Positions 13,007 through 25,545 of a stretch of DNA of 64,000 nucleotides are shown piece by piece. Origin of the DNA: Octopus sinensis (Eukaryota); assembly GCF_006345805.1 (NCBI RefSeq), contig NC_043008.1, positions 51,708,001 to 51,772,000 on the forward strand. Direction: 5' to 3'. Position 1 is the stretch's first letter. The number at the start of each line of letters is the position of its first letter. Below the pieces are notes generated by a model, which saw only the letters and a list, made by a program, of their open reading frames with translations, ran no database searches and was not told the DNA's origin. Position numbers and translations under genes: made by a program.

Positions 13007-14100
13007 TCTATATATATAAAACTCAACTTGTGTGTCTGTATGTGTATCTGTGTGTGTGTGTCTGTGTGTTTAACTTCCCGGCACATCTCCTCCTAGCCAA
13101 CAAATTGTAGAACCACCAAAAATGGGTCACTTAAAGTTTAGGTGAATGAAAATTGAACTGTACTATTTCTGTTCCGAAATTCATCTCGCAAGTGCAAAAA
13201 TCGATGTGTTTGTCTAGGCCTTATCCCATGCATTGAATAGTGAACTTTACTCAGTCAGCTGTTTGACATGAACTGTGTTCACCACACGTGCAAGCATGTG
13301 TAAATTGCATAAAAAATAAAAAATCAAGATGTAAAAACGAATCGCTGTAAACATTGTAGAAATTCGGCAAAGAAATGAATTTTCAGGATGTAGCCTGGAG
13401 GGTATTTTCGTATGAATCGTTTGGACTTTGTGAACACATACCAATTGTTTTCATAACATTTTTAACGCTTTGAATTAAATGTGACCATTTTACGTTGAGT
13501 CTGCAGTTTGAATCACTTTAACCAAATTTTAGCAGGCTGGATTTTTGATCATCACGATGCATCGCCAGCGACTCCCTGAAATCCCCGTTGAGAAATCTAT
13601 ATATATAAAACTCAACTTGTGTGTCTGTGTGTGTATCTGTGTGTGTGTCTGTGTGTTTAACTTTTGGATCTACCAAGTTTCATTATTAAGGATGGAAAGT
13701 AGTGTGTAGCAAATCTATATATATAAAGCTGAAGTTGTCTGTGTGTGGCAGGTTTGGTAGCCTTCAACTAACACTATCTCCTTCGAGACCCTGCAGTGCA
13801 AGTTGACCAAAATTGAGAGTATAATAGAAGGCTTGCTCTTCATTGTGTAGAAGATAAAATTCAAATCAAACCATGTTAACACCAAAAATTATTTACATCA
13901 AAAAGGTGCTTTTTTTCTATGAAAATCCCTATTTTTTACGATTTTTTGACTGCTGTGTCGCCATTTTTAGGTGTATTTCAACTGGAAAAATGTTCACTTG
14001 AAGAGAATAACAAGTTGCATAATGCAAAATTTCAACTTTTCAAAAATTTCAATTTTAAAGTGTCAAAACAAACCCAAGCAACACTGGATGATACTGCTAG
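13007..14100 (+). mobile_element. Non-autonomous Helitron, composite with three 5' termini
   Basis: A|TCTATATATATAAA starts at 13007, 13596 and 13714; single 3' end CCCAAGCAACACTGGATGATACTGCTAG|T; second copy at 23942..24995. Confidence 0.75.
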
Positions 14101-14540
14101 TGTATTCATAAGGCACATATTAGCACATTTACAGAACTTCACTATATACAATGCTTTTCACTTTTTCCTTTGGAGCATATATGAAGAATTTCTGTGGGCT
14201 TCCTACTCTGAAACAACCTACATACAACTGACCATGTGAGAAACAACCCTCTTCTAGACTGAGATCGACAACCTCATTTATATACCTTTTCATTCCTACA
14301 AAACTACAATACCTTTAAGCTAGATTGATTACCTTTAAGCTAGATTGATGTTTCGAGCTGTCTGGGATGCATTGGTTCCACGACGGAACCAAGATATATT
14401 GATTATTTAGACTCCACTATTATTTCTCTTTTGAGAATTTTTCTTTCTTCTGTTTATACTTTATCTAATAAGAATAATATAATACACCTAATAATAATAA
14501 TAATTGATTCCGTTGTATGCATATTCATATATATATATAA

Positions 14541-15079
14541 CACTTGGTGTTAAATTGATGGTATTATTAAATTAATATCAAATTTTTCACCCTCATTTAT
14601 AAATTTAATTATACTGCAGTAAATATTTGATGCAGTTCTCGTTTCCAGTAAGTCTTATCGCTCTTTTGGCGGGGAAATTTGAATCATAACTACGAATACA
14701 ATCGATTAAACCGCACGTGTATTTGACACTCGCTGTGACTTAATAAATTGTATTTAAGACAAACCTCTGCTGAAGATTTATGGATGTTATGTAAGTAAAA
14801 TTGCATATTACATTAATAATGAAACAATTGTTCAGGGTTAATCTATTTTTTCGTTGTATTTCACTTACCTTACGTTAGATGTAGTGGTATTTCTTCTTGG
14901 AAACAACTTTTAGTGGCTATACCATTAGCGGAGCTATTTTTAGCACTAGAGTGAACCACATGGTGGTCAGTCTCTAATATTTATGTATAAATTTGTATTT
15001 TTCCCTTGGATTTTATGTGCTAAGCCACTCGGTGTTAAATTGATGGTATTATTAAATTAATATCAAATTTTTCACCCTC

Positions 15080-15086
<7 letters not shown>
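14541..15086 (+). mobile_element. Small hammerhead-bearing element (retrozyme/mini-PLE-like) with 61-bp terminal direct repeats
   Basis: 14541..14601 is repeated at 15026..15086 (period 485); flanked by (TA)n on both sides; internal hammerhead. Confidence 0.65.
14765..14837 (+). ncRNA. Minimal type I hammerhead ribozyme motif
   Basis: ctctg CTGAAGA [stem II] GAAA caattg TT caggg; stem I ctctg/caggg; palindromic ACAATTGT stem III. Confidence 0.7.
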
Positions 15087-15120
<34 letters not shown>

Positions 15121-15204
15121 TATATATATATATACATATATATGGATATGTATTTATATATATTTATGTATACATATGTATATGTAAAAGTGAGTATATA
15201 TATG

Positions 15205-15730
15205 TATGTATTTATACTTATAACTTAACCTTATGAACTTTCTAAACTCTCTGACAAAGCCCAGAAGCACATCCAAGTACCTTAATTTTATCTACCAAAT
15301 ACTTCAGTTCACTGAAGGGATGGAAGTAAAGTGGGGTACTGTGACCTCTTGGTTGAAACAGCTGTAAGAAACTATTTTACTTTCTATGTTCTACGCTTTA
15401 ATAATTACTGGTATTCTTATATATGTAAAGCATAATCTGTTATACATATAAGTATATTATAATTGTTTTTTTTTAAATAGATAAAAGACTTAAAATATTG
15501 TCTAAAAGTTGAAGAATACCACATCTTGATCCCCTCCATTTTCTTATTGCCGTACAAATTAATTGTAAAACAACTTCTTATCCTCACCCATTTCTTACAT
15601 TCAGTATTGTAATTGCTATGCAACAAAAAAAAAACTTGTGTATTAATAATTGGGTATTCTATCAATAGTATATTGGATAGATACCATCCCTTAGTTTGTT
15701 GGATTCACAACTTCTAACTCTCTTGGAATT
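15205..15730 (+). mobile_element. ~520-bp non-coding hammerhead-bearing repeat, copy 1
   Basis: Homologous over its length to the reverse complement of 25020..25545; sits between TA-rich microsatellite tracts. Confidence 0.7.
15247..15369 (+). ncRNA. Type I hammerhead motif with long stem II, core mutated (CTGACAA)
   Basis: ctct CTGACAA ... GAAACAGCTGTA aga; G8 to A relative to the intact copy at 25374..25496. Confidence 0.55.
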
Positions 15731-15918
15731 ATGTATCAAGCCACTACACACATTTTTTTTCTCTCCTTGTTTTTTTCTGTGTTCCTTCCTGTAGAAGAGC
15801 GTAGGCTCGAAATGTAAAAGACTTTTTCATTTCCTGAGCGTTATACTAATACATCTGTTTGTTTTGTACACCACCTGTCTTCATTTTTTTTGTTTTTTTC
15901 GTGAACTCTACCCCTATA

Positions 15919-15957
<39 letters not shown>

Positions 15958-16021
15958 TAATATAATTTAATATAATATAATATATATGTAGCTGTTTAAT
16001 GATCACAATACATATCTTTGG

Positions 16022-16073
16022 GCACTACTGATAGTTTCACATGTTTGAAAATCCAAACACATTCTTCAGGTAC
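16022..16073 (-). ncRNA. Minimal type I hammerhead motif at the PLE 3' end
   Basis: Minus strand: gtac CTGAAGA atgtgtttg..caaacatgt GAAA ctatca GTA gtgc; stems I and II pair. Confidence 0.65.
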
Positions 16074-17850
16074 AGATCACTCTTCAGGCTGAACAAAGAA
16101 CATGAGAAAACCTGAAAAAACATGAAAAGGTGGAAGCATATAGAAAATCCTAACTTCTATGGTTGAATGGTTGTGCATGTCTCATTATGGACCAAGTTAG
16201 ATCATATTCTTCTTAAATTGCCACACATAATCAGTTAATACCTCTTGTTGATTTTTTGTACGAGGGGGCATCATGATTCTTATATTTGTTTGGCTTATTT
16301 GTTCAGATATGTTGTACAGGGTTGGGACAGTTTATTGTGTTATAAGCAGTAGTATGATTGTGTTGCATGTGTGTCTGAGTTTTGGCTTGTAGTTGAGTGC
16401 CTCGACTGATTTGCTTTGATTCGTATGTTTGATCTTACTGTAACATTGTGCTGTTAAGTATGTGTATTATTAGTGGAGAAATTGGCAGAGTTTTGTATAT
16501 CGGTGTCTTGTATGTATTGAATTTTCTCTCAGTAACCAGCCATAGCTAAAGCAGTATTGTAATAGGGTGTATGTGATTCAAAATTTTCATTAGTAGCAGA
16601 TAATCTAGATATTCTTATGGAAACATTAACTAATCCTTGTATTATTGAGGGTGAATTATTGGACACTACACACATATGTACTTAATATTATCATTTTGTT
16701 TATGAAAGGATTCATATAATCCAGTATCAAGACAGAAGGTAGCGTAACAGAAGTTTACACTATGGTAATCTTTTTCTATAGTTATGTTGAGTCTTAAGTT
16801 CTTAAATAGTCTAAAGAACTGTTTCCTATGCCTTTCTAATTGTTCTTTACTACTTCTGTCCAGGAAGAATTGAACATCATCTCTATAGAGTCCTCCTGTG
16901 ATTTTCAGAAAGGAAAACTGGATTAATGAATGCATATATATTCCAAACAAGTCTGTGACTTGCACAGAATTTTGATGACCACATCACTATACCAAAAGCA
17001 CTCTCTCTATCTGATCTATTCCATAATATACCATCAAAATCTACCAAAGAGGTTTGGACCACAAGTATAATATCTATTCCATGTCGGGACATAACCGAGT
17101 TTTCCATACTATAGATCAGGGCTTTATTGAGGATGATCAGGTTTGTAGTGGCGTAGTAACTCTCTATATATCTTGTTGTAAGAATTTACTGGTTTTGTTA
17201 ATTTCTAGATGCTTAAACCATCCTATTATCTCTTTGGTATCCACCAGAGGGCTGATTTAATTTTAGACTTAAGTGTGGGCAGTACTCTATCAATGATATT
17301 CTTACTTATAATCCCTATATCTGATTTAGATAGATATATTAATCTGAGGGGGGTCATTCAGAAACTTAGATTTATGGTCTTTAAGCATAATCTGATGTTT
17401 TCTAGGAACATAAGGCTCAATTCTATGATCTATAGCTAAATCTCTAGCAATTTGTAATCCTCTTCTGTTTATTCATTTTGATGTGTCATTATTTGCATGT
17501 CTATATTTGCTAGGTAATTCTTTTCTAATCATATTCTTAAATAACACAATATCAACAATAAAAATGTTACTTGTTTTGTCCTATGGTACAAGTATCCCCG
17601 GAACTTTCAAGAAATCATCAAGTAATTTCCTAATTTTCTGTTGATGTCTATTGTGTCTTCTAGAGTACTTTCTGAAGTTCACATTCTGAACTATACTATA
17701 CAGTTCCTCTTCAAATCTGGTCGGGTGCTGGCTGGTCAGTGGGTTTTTCCTTGATTTAAACTCTTTTCTTAGTAATTCTCCAGCTTCAGGTTTGTCATGT
17801 GATCTATCTTTTCTATCATGGAGAAAGCCTTTCACTGTATTCTTCATATG
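16022..17850 (-). mobile_element. Penelope-like element (Naiad-type RT plus GIY-YIG), decayed
   Basis: GGLYRDD RT motif, SNNSPSIIQG..SIRISRLSA..YNTALAMAGY thumb, FKSRKNP..FEEELYSIVQNVNFRK N-terminus, YVWQFKKN..WSIM endonuclease end; hammerhead at the 3' end. Confidence 0.85.
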
Positions 17851-19589
17851 AATTGGTTGATTTTCTTCAAGAATGCGCTTATATAATCCTTCCTACTTAC
17901 ACACATACACACACACACTCATGCATGCACACTTCCACACATAAGCTCATAAGCCTCACTGAATCCCTTATCCAGATGCACTGTTGTCAGCAATTTCCTG
18001 TTCAACCATGCGGCCAAAGAAACTTCTTTCATCCATGAAACTACTGTTGCTTATTTAGCAATACTGCCAACCATGACATCACATGACCTTCCTTGACCAA
18101 TTGCAGCCCATCTACTGGTATCCATCTTGGACTCCCTGCACCCCTGCGGTTGTCTGGATTATTTCCAGCCCAACAAGAAAAGCTCCTTTAAGGTTATAAC
18201 GGTGATTATTCTCCAGAGTAGAATTCGGAATCCACGTCAGTTAGTCTACAATTTATAACGGTGGATTACCAGTTTATAACCGGTGTTGTTGCCAATTTAT
18301 AACATCGTGACTATTGAGAAGAATGACGAGTGGCAATTTATCATAGTGAAAATTTATCTATAACAATTAGATGATTTTATCTATTTATCCCGTGTTCGAC
18401 TTGAAATTATAAGAAATATAAATATTTCTTGAGTAGGAATCTATGGTGATAAATCCGCCACTTATAACTTAATTATAAGTATTTATCACCATACATAAAT
18501 CCTAACTCAGACTACATAAACGTTGTGGTGAGTTATATACACCAAGACGCTTAACATGCATGTATGTTGAAGATAATAAAGCTTACTCTTTTTCACTGCT
18601 ATAATAACAGCTTCAATAGTTACAGAAATAAATTTCATCAACAGGTTGAAGAAAATGAAGAAAAAGAAATTATTTACTAAATTAGTTTATTTACATACAT
18701 TTAATATTTACAGTACATTTTAATAAGTCAAAAGAAGAGTCATAGAGAGTTATGACATAAAATTTATATTGATTCTTCCATAACTAAGCTACAAGAGTTT
18801 TAAACAACAATTCAAAATAGCCTTGTTGAATTAGATAAAAGACTTGGCATGGCAATAACCAATATCTCAAGAGAGTGAGTGTCATGGAATCGAATGACAG
18901 ACAACAAACACTTATTTTCTTCCCAAAAATCAGGGTTTTTATAACTGGTCATATTTGAATCCTAAGAACCATATTTCATGTAAGATTTCTCTTTGATGAA
19001 AGTTAGAATTCAAATATGGCCAGTAGTTTTAACCATTGGGAAACTAATAATTATACCTATTCGACCAACGTGACAATGATGTCGTATTATAGCCGATAAA
19101 GATTTATTATGACTTGCTACAAAAGCCCTCAATGAGAAAAATTGTTTAAAATTTTGCGAAAAAAAGAATATTGATAATACAAATATATTTCAATACACAG
19201 CTGGAATTAATATTTTAACAAGTCAAATACACAAATTTACAAAGTATTCACATGTTGAGCAAATGAAAATAACCGTGCATCATGGTTTTACAACAATCAG
19301 TGTTCATGGAAAATTTATCAAAAGGTTCAATATAATTTCCCTGGAAAAAATTATAAAGTCTTTTAAAAAGAAATATTAAAAAAAAAACTACATAAGGAAT
19401 ATATTCAAATGAACTGAGAAAGTCTTTTGGGAAAGTTTTCTTTTCTTTTCGCTCAATGGTAGGTTATTTTAAAATTGACTTGCAGATCTTTTGCTCAACT
19501 TTAAGTTCGCTGTTTTGTGAATTGTTGTTTTGAGTTATTTTTTAAATGCATTGCTCAAATTTTTATTCTCATGACATGAAAAAATTGGT

Positions 19590-20175
19590 CGAAATGAGTC
19601 TGGCAAGACTTCCGCCCGTCCCCACCATCAAAATAACCACCCTTTTAAAAAGCAATTTTTTTTTTACACAAATCCCTCTTTTCTATGAATCTGCAAAAAA
19701 TTGGCAAAAAACGGCATTTTTAAATTACCACCCCCTACCCCCATTTCCTTCATTTTTTACTTTTTTCAGAATTTTTTTTTTCCAAAATATGTGGAAAAAT
19801 ATGGAGATTATGATTCTGAAAAATATTTCCAAAATGTTTTGTAAAATTTATTTTAAGAATTTTTTTTTTTTTTCTAAATATGCAGAAAAATACGGACATA
19901 ATGATTCAGATAAAAATTTCAAAACATTTCTGTAGTTACGGTTATGGTTAGGGTTTTAGGGTTAGGATTAGGGTTAGGGTTAGTGTTGGGGAAAAAGTCA
20001 AAATTGAAGAATTTGGTGGAGAAGGGTGTGGGGAATTTAACAATGTTGATCCTTGGCAATTTACTGGAACCTCCATATCTGAAAACGGGTGTTTTTGGCA
20101 AAAAGATTTTTTTAAATAAACAAATTTGGGAGAAAATGTGGAGGGGGGGGCTGAAGTCTTTGCATGAGCCTTTTT
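19590..20175. mobile_element. Non-autonomous DNA element with imperfect TIRs and internal TTAGGG tract
   Basis: GCAAGACTTCCGCCCG at about 19603 versus reverse complement GCAAAGACTTCAGCCCC at about 20148-20164; (TTAGGG)-like run at about 19945-19990. Confidence 0.45.
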
Positions 20176-20479
20176 AACTCTGTTTAAACTGACAACTTCC
20201 TTTTTACCATGCATATCCCAGGTCATAGTTTTATATTTGACAAAACTTTAAAAGGTCCAGTGTATCTATAATTCAGTGAATGATAACTGGCATCATTAGG
20301 TACAAATACATGAGTCCAAGAATTGATCAAACTAAAAGGTTTGACCCGAGAAAAAAAAAAGAAAAAATAGTGTAATAAGTGTACAACAACATGTAGTAAA
20401 ACGAATATGAAAAAAAAGGTGCGCTTGCAAATGGAGGGTGGGGGAAAGAACTCGGAAAATTCCCTTCGTCACCTTGAGA

Positions 20480-21610
20480 TGCCATCCTTAATGATGCCAT
20501 GCTTTGAGGCTGTCACACCTACAGAAATATCTAAATCACTGTGATAATGTGGTGAACAACGACGACAAAAATAAGGGTAAACTGGTGTGGGCATCTTTCC
20601 GCAGCTCATCTCATTGACAGAGCTGCAGTTATGTGTCAAACGTAGGCCAAGGATTGGCATTTGGCATCTAGAATGTTGCCAGGCACTTACTGAATTGTAC
20701 CAACTGCCTAAAACTGTTAGCAGGAAAACAACCCAAGATTTCTATAGAGAGCTAGTTGAGGGTATGAGTGATGATCTAGGCATCTTCCAGAGGACCTTCG
20801 GGTCGAAGATCATGGACAATTTCCAAAAGTCTTTGGCATGGCAGTGCTACAGAGATGCATTGCCCATTTGAGACAAGCTTTTCAGACATAGAAATACCAA
20901 CAGCTAAACCTGCCGGAGATGCTTGCAGGGGGACGAAATCATTCTGCATGCAATAATTCAGTGTCTGTTGTCCGTGCATTAGAGAACTGTGGGATTGTGT
21001 GGAGCAGCTTTGTCACGTATAAAATGAATTCACACAGCTGCGATCAACACACCACCTTCCCTTAGCAGAAAAGGAAGGCAGGTCTTTCTCTGCCTGGTGG
21101 CTGTGGAAAAGAGACTGTGTGGTGGACCCGTCTGAAAGGTTAGAAGACAGGCACATTCCTATCCAGTCAAGCTCCCATCAATTTCCTCAAATATCATTTG
21201 AAGAGGAAGGTGAAGGTAGAGAGGGCAGTGCTACCTTTTAGTATGTTTATCAAAAGGTTGACGAGAGACTGAATGGATCGACTCTGAATATGCTTTTCTA
21301 AGCAGGAGGAAAGGAACTGGAAGAGGGCACTTTCCCATGTCAGAGATAGCAGAGTAATCTGGAAATTTTGTGGGGGTTTTACCCCAGATTATCTCAACTG
21401 AACTGCCCCACTATTGGGGATTCTATTTATTTAGTTATTACTTATTTCTCTACTTTCTATTATATATCCTTTGTTATATCCTTTCATGTGGTAATATCTC
21501 CCCTTGGTTCATGTTAACCCCACATGTTTTTGTTGTGCTGTTACTCAACCTTTGATATTGTCCACCATGCCTTGGGTCCTTGTGGCCAATAAAAGAAATT
21601 ATTATTTTTG
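20480..21610 (+). mobile_element. Tx1/L1-clade LINE 3' remnant
   Basis: TQDFYRELVEG and MDNFQKSLAWQCYRDALPI match 63557..63939; KYHLKRKVKVER; ends in AATAAAAG plus (TTG)n. Confidence 0.8.
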
Positions 21611-22259
21611 TTATTATTGTTGTTGTTGTTGTTGTTGCTGTTGTTGTCGTCGTCGTCCAAATTTTTAGTTTCCTTATACTCTTTGTTAATTTTCAACATC
21701 TCTATAATCCTATCATTTTCTAGAACTTCATTATTAATATGATGATTCTGGATATAGTAAACCTTATCTCTATGTCCAGCTTCTTATAATGTATGGTTAT
21801 GATAAGTTTGATTTTATTTAAATATATCCTCATTAGATGAGAGCCTTGCAATACAAGTAGATATATTTCTAACAATGGAATTTATTATGCTTCTTGGATG
21901 ATAAGAATTATATTTATATATCTTAAGCATTCATTAGGCTTATGATAATAATGGGAGAATATGTTGAATAAAATTATAATTAACTGTTCCTCTTGTATTT
22001 TCTTTTACCCAAACCCCAAATCTTTTCAGCACTCCCTTGTATATATAAATATACACACATATAATCATATATCTGTATATCATCATCATCATCATCATCA
22101 CACTTGTTTTTATAATCAGTTCATGACATATATTATTTTAATGTTGATGTCAAGTAGCACATATGAAAGCAATGATTAAATTGAAAACTTACTCCATACC
22201 CCCCACACACACACACACTCACACACATTCTTTTATTCCTTAGTTCATTTCAGCCACGC

Positions 22260-22560
22260 AGCTCTGATCATGCTGGAACACAACCAGGATTTTGCACTTT
22301 TACACATCTTTCTTCTTTGGCTGATTTCTTCCGATTTAGGGTTAGGGTTAGGGATTTCATATCACTACCCTTGCATGCGTTTTCCCTTTGGTTGTTGGCC
22401 ATTTGGTGTATGAAGGAGTATGACACTGCTGTCCTCATTTGTACCACATGCTGAGCCATTAGTTCATCCTGTATTGTGGAGAGGAGAATGTCTAGTTCCC
22501 TTTTGATGACACTCACGTCCATGTTGTGTAGGTTTCTTACTTTTTAGGGCAGAGCAATGA
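22260..22560 (-). mobile_element. CR1-type LINE extreme 3' remnant
   Basis: IKRELDILLSTIQDE..QMRTAVSYSFIHQM resembles the C-terminal FKRxLDxxLxxIPDEP..RAAxSNSLxHQ pattern. Confidence 0.5.
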
Positions 22561-22661
22561 AGAGCTATGCAACTTTGAACCCTAAGCTATTGCACTACCT
22601 GGTCTGATATTAGACAGGATGGATAGTACCTTTGGTACTATACAATAATGTCTGGTTTTGG

Positions 22662-22721
<60 letters not shown>

Positions 22722-23860
22722 TGTCATCATTCAGTTTTATTTCACAATTTCTTACCAATAAAGAATGGGCTGGTTTCTAACCTAGATTCAAAGCCCCTTT
22801 CTTGAAATTTCAACACATTAACAGGGTATTTTTGCATGTATTTGTGTATATGTGCAGATTTGTATGCTTTGTTTTATGCATGTCTAGACATGCACATATA
22901 TACTTGAATGATAAACTTCTAGAAATTTTTATAGATTTTTACAGTTCCACTGATGGTTTGGATATGTAGTCTTTAAATCAGATCCTTTCTAGTTTTGAGA
23001 AGCCTAACTTCTCAACGTTGTTACTTAGGCAGTGTGCTACAAATCCCAGTGCCACAATAATTACAGGTATAAACCTGAATTTGCAATCTTGGTAAAGTAA
23101 CTGTAAATCTCTCAATAGTTCAGCATAGATATTTTCTTTTTCGCTGATCTTTAGCTTTATATCAGCATCTGCTGGGCAGCTGATTTCCACAGCTGTACTC
23201 AGTTTCTCTTCTCTATGCCAAATCACTACATAAGGCTTATTATATTCACATTTTTGGGGGTTTTCACTGGGGTATTCCTCTGGTACTCCTTCTTATTATG
23301 AGTGGCTGTGGCTTCTGATAAACTGTGGGTTGTTAAATCTTTGGCATCAAGGTTATCCTTCCAATGGATCTCATTATACAGTGTCTAAGATACAGCATCA
23401 TGTCTCAGCAGATAATATCATGATGACATTATTGGGCAACTGCTAATGATGTAGGGGATATCTTCAGTGTTAATTCCACAAAGTTTGCATCAGTTATCAT
23501 ATTTTGGTGTTTTGCCTGCGTCTCTGTCCCTTTTATGCATCAGATATTTGGGGAATATTCCCTGTTTCCGGATTTCAAATGCATACCCTTCAAAGTGGAA
23601 GTTAGTAATCTGTTTGTTAGTCCATGATAGACTGTTTTGGTCTTCAATGTAACTATCAATCAAGAGTTTTCTGCTAACATATCCATGCATGGTCTTCTGC
23701 TGATGTACACTTATCTTTAAATCTCATGATATGTTTGGTAGAGCTGCATGACATCTTTGGGCATGTATTTAAGGTTATCAGACAAGGAATGCTGCTTAAG
23801 GTGTTGCATTCCAAGTCTCATGATGTCATCACCTTCATGCATGTAAACTTGGTTGTGGAT
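22722..23860 (-). mobile_element. R4/Dong-clade restriction-like-endonuclease retrotransposon, 3' remnant
   Basis: HFEGYAFEIRKQ..KYLMHKRDRD and IWHREEKLSTAVEISCPAD..KISEKENIY..IPVIIVALG (PD-D/E-type RLE region). Confidence 0.8.
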
Positions 23861-23941
23861 GCACTTCAACACTTAGTGGGAAGTATGTCTGTATGTATGT
23901 ATATATGTATGTATGTATGCATGTATAATATATATTGTATG

Positions 23942-24995
23942 TATATATATATATATATATATAAAACTCAACTTGTGTGTCTGTGTGTGTATCTGTGTGT
24001 GTGTCTGTGTGTTTAACTTCCCGGCACATCCTTTCCTAACCAACAAATCGTAGAACCACCAAAATTGGGTCACTTAAAGTTTAGGCGAATGAAAATTGAA
24101 CTGCGCTATTCCTGTTCCTAAATTCATCTTGCAATTGCAAAAATCGATAATGTGTTTGTTTAGGCCTTATCCCATGCATTGAATTGTGAACTTTACTCAG
24201 TCAGCTGTTTAACGTGAACTGTGTTCACCATGCATGCAAGCATGTGTAAATTGCATGAAGAATAAAAAATCAAGAATTGCCGTAAACATTGTAGAAATTC
24301 AGCAAAGAAATGAATTTTCAGGATGTAGCCTGGAGGGTTTTTTCGTATTAATCATTTGGACTTTGTGAACACATACCAATTGTTTTCATAACATTTTTAA
24401 CACTTTGAATTAAATGTGACCATTTTGCGTTGAGTCTGCAGTTTCAATCGCTTTAACCAAATTTTAGCAGGCCAGATTTTTGATCATCATGATACATCGC
24501 CAGCGACTCCCTGAAACTCTCCCCTGAAATCCCCATTGAGAAATCTACATATATATAAAACTCAACTTGTGTGTCTGTGTGTGTATCTGTGTGTGTGTCT
24601 GTGTGTTTAACTTTTGGATCTACCAAGTTTCATTATTAAGGATGGAAAGTAGTGTGTAGCAAATCTCTATATATATAAAGCTGAAATTGTCTGTGTGTGG
24701 CAGGTTTAGTAGCCTTCAACTAACACTATCTCCTTCGAGACCCTGCAGCGCAAGTTGACCAAAATTGAGAGTATGATAGAAGAAGGCTTGTTTTTCATTC
24801 TGTAGAAGATAAAATTCAAATTGGACCATGTTAACATCAAAAATTATTTACATCAAAAAGGTGCTTTTTTTCTATGAAAATCCCTATTTTTTACGATTTT
24901 TGACTGCTGTATCACCATTTTTAGGTGTATTTCAACTGGAATTCCAATTCTAAAGGGTCGAAACAAACCCAAGCAACACCGGGTGATACTGCTAG
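23942..24995 (+). mobile_element. Non-autonomous composite Helitron, copy 2
   Basis: Same three-headed structure (internal starts at 24544 and 24664); 3' CCCAAGCAACACCGGGTGATACTGCTAG|T. Confidence 0.75.
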
Positions 24996-25019
24996 TATAT
25001 ATATATATATATATATATA

Positions 25020-25545
25020 TAGTTCCAAAAGAGTTAGAGGTTGTTAATCCAACCAACTAAGGGATAATATCTATCCAATATACTGCTGGTAGAAAACCCA
25101 ATTATTAATACACAAGTTGTTTTTTTTACTTGCATGGCAATTACACTACTGAATGTAATAAATGGGTGAGATTAATTTATACAGCAATAAGAAAATGGAG
25201 GAGATCAACTTTTAGACATTATATTATGTCTATATATTTATTTTTTAAAAAAACCCATTATAACAGTATACATACATGTATAGCATAGTAAGCTTTACAT
25301 ATACAAAATATATATATGAAAATACCAGTAATTATTAAAATATATAACGCAGATCACAAAAGATAGGATTATATCTTACAGCTGTTTCAGCCAAGAGGCC
25401 AAAGTACCCCAATCTACTTATATCCCTTCAGTGGACTGAAGTATTTGGTAGATAAGATTTAGGTACTTGGGTGTGTCTCTGGGCTTCGTCAGAGAGTTTA
25501 GAAAGTTCATAAGGTTAAATTATAAATACAAATACATACACATAT
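25020..25545 (-). mobile_element. ~520-bp non-coding hammerhead-bearing repeat, copy 2
   Basis: Reverse complement aligns to 15205..15730. Confidence 0.7.
25374..25496 (-). ncRNA. Type I hammerhead ribozyme motif with extended stem II
   Basis: Minus strand: ctct CTGACGA agcc..ccaagtacc..ggtactttgg..ggct GAAA CAGCTG TA aga; intact core. Confidence 0.75.

Noticed and set aside
15785-15822. CTGTAGAAGAGCGTAGGCTCGAAA hammerhead-like motif
   Set aside because: The core is non-canonical and stems I and III are not convincing; the related copy near 33690 lacks it
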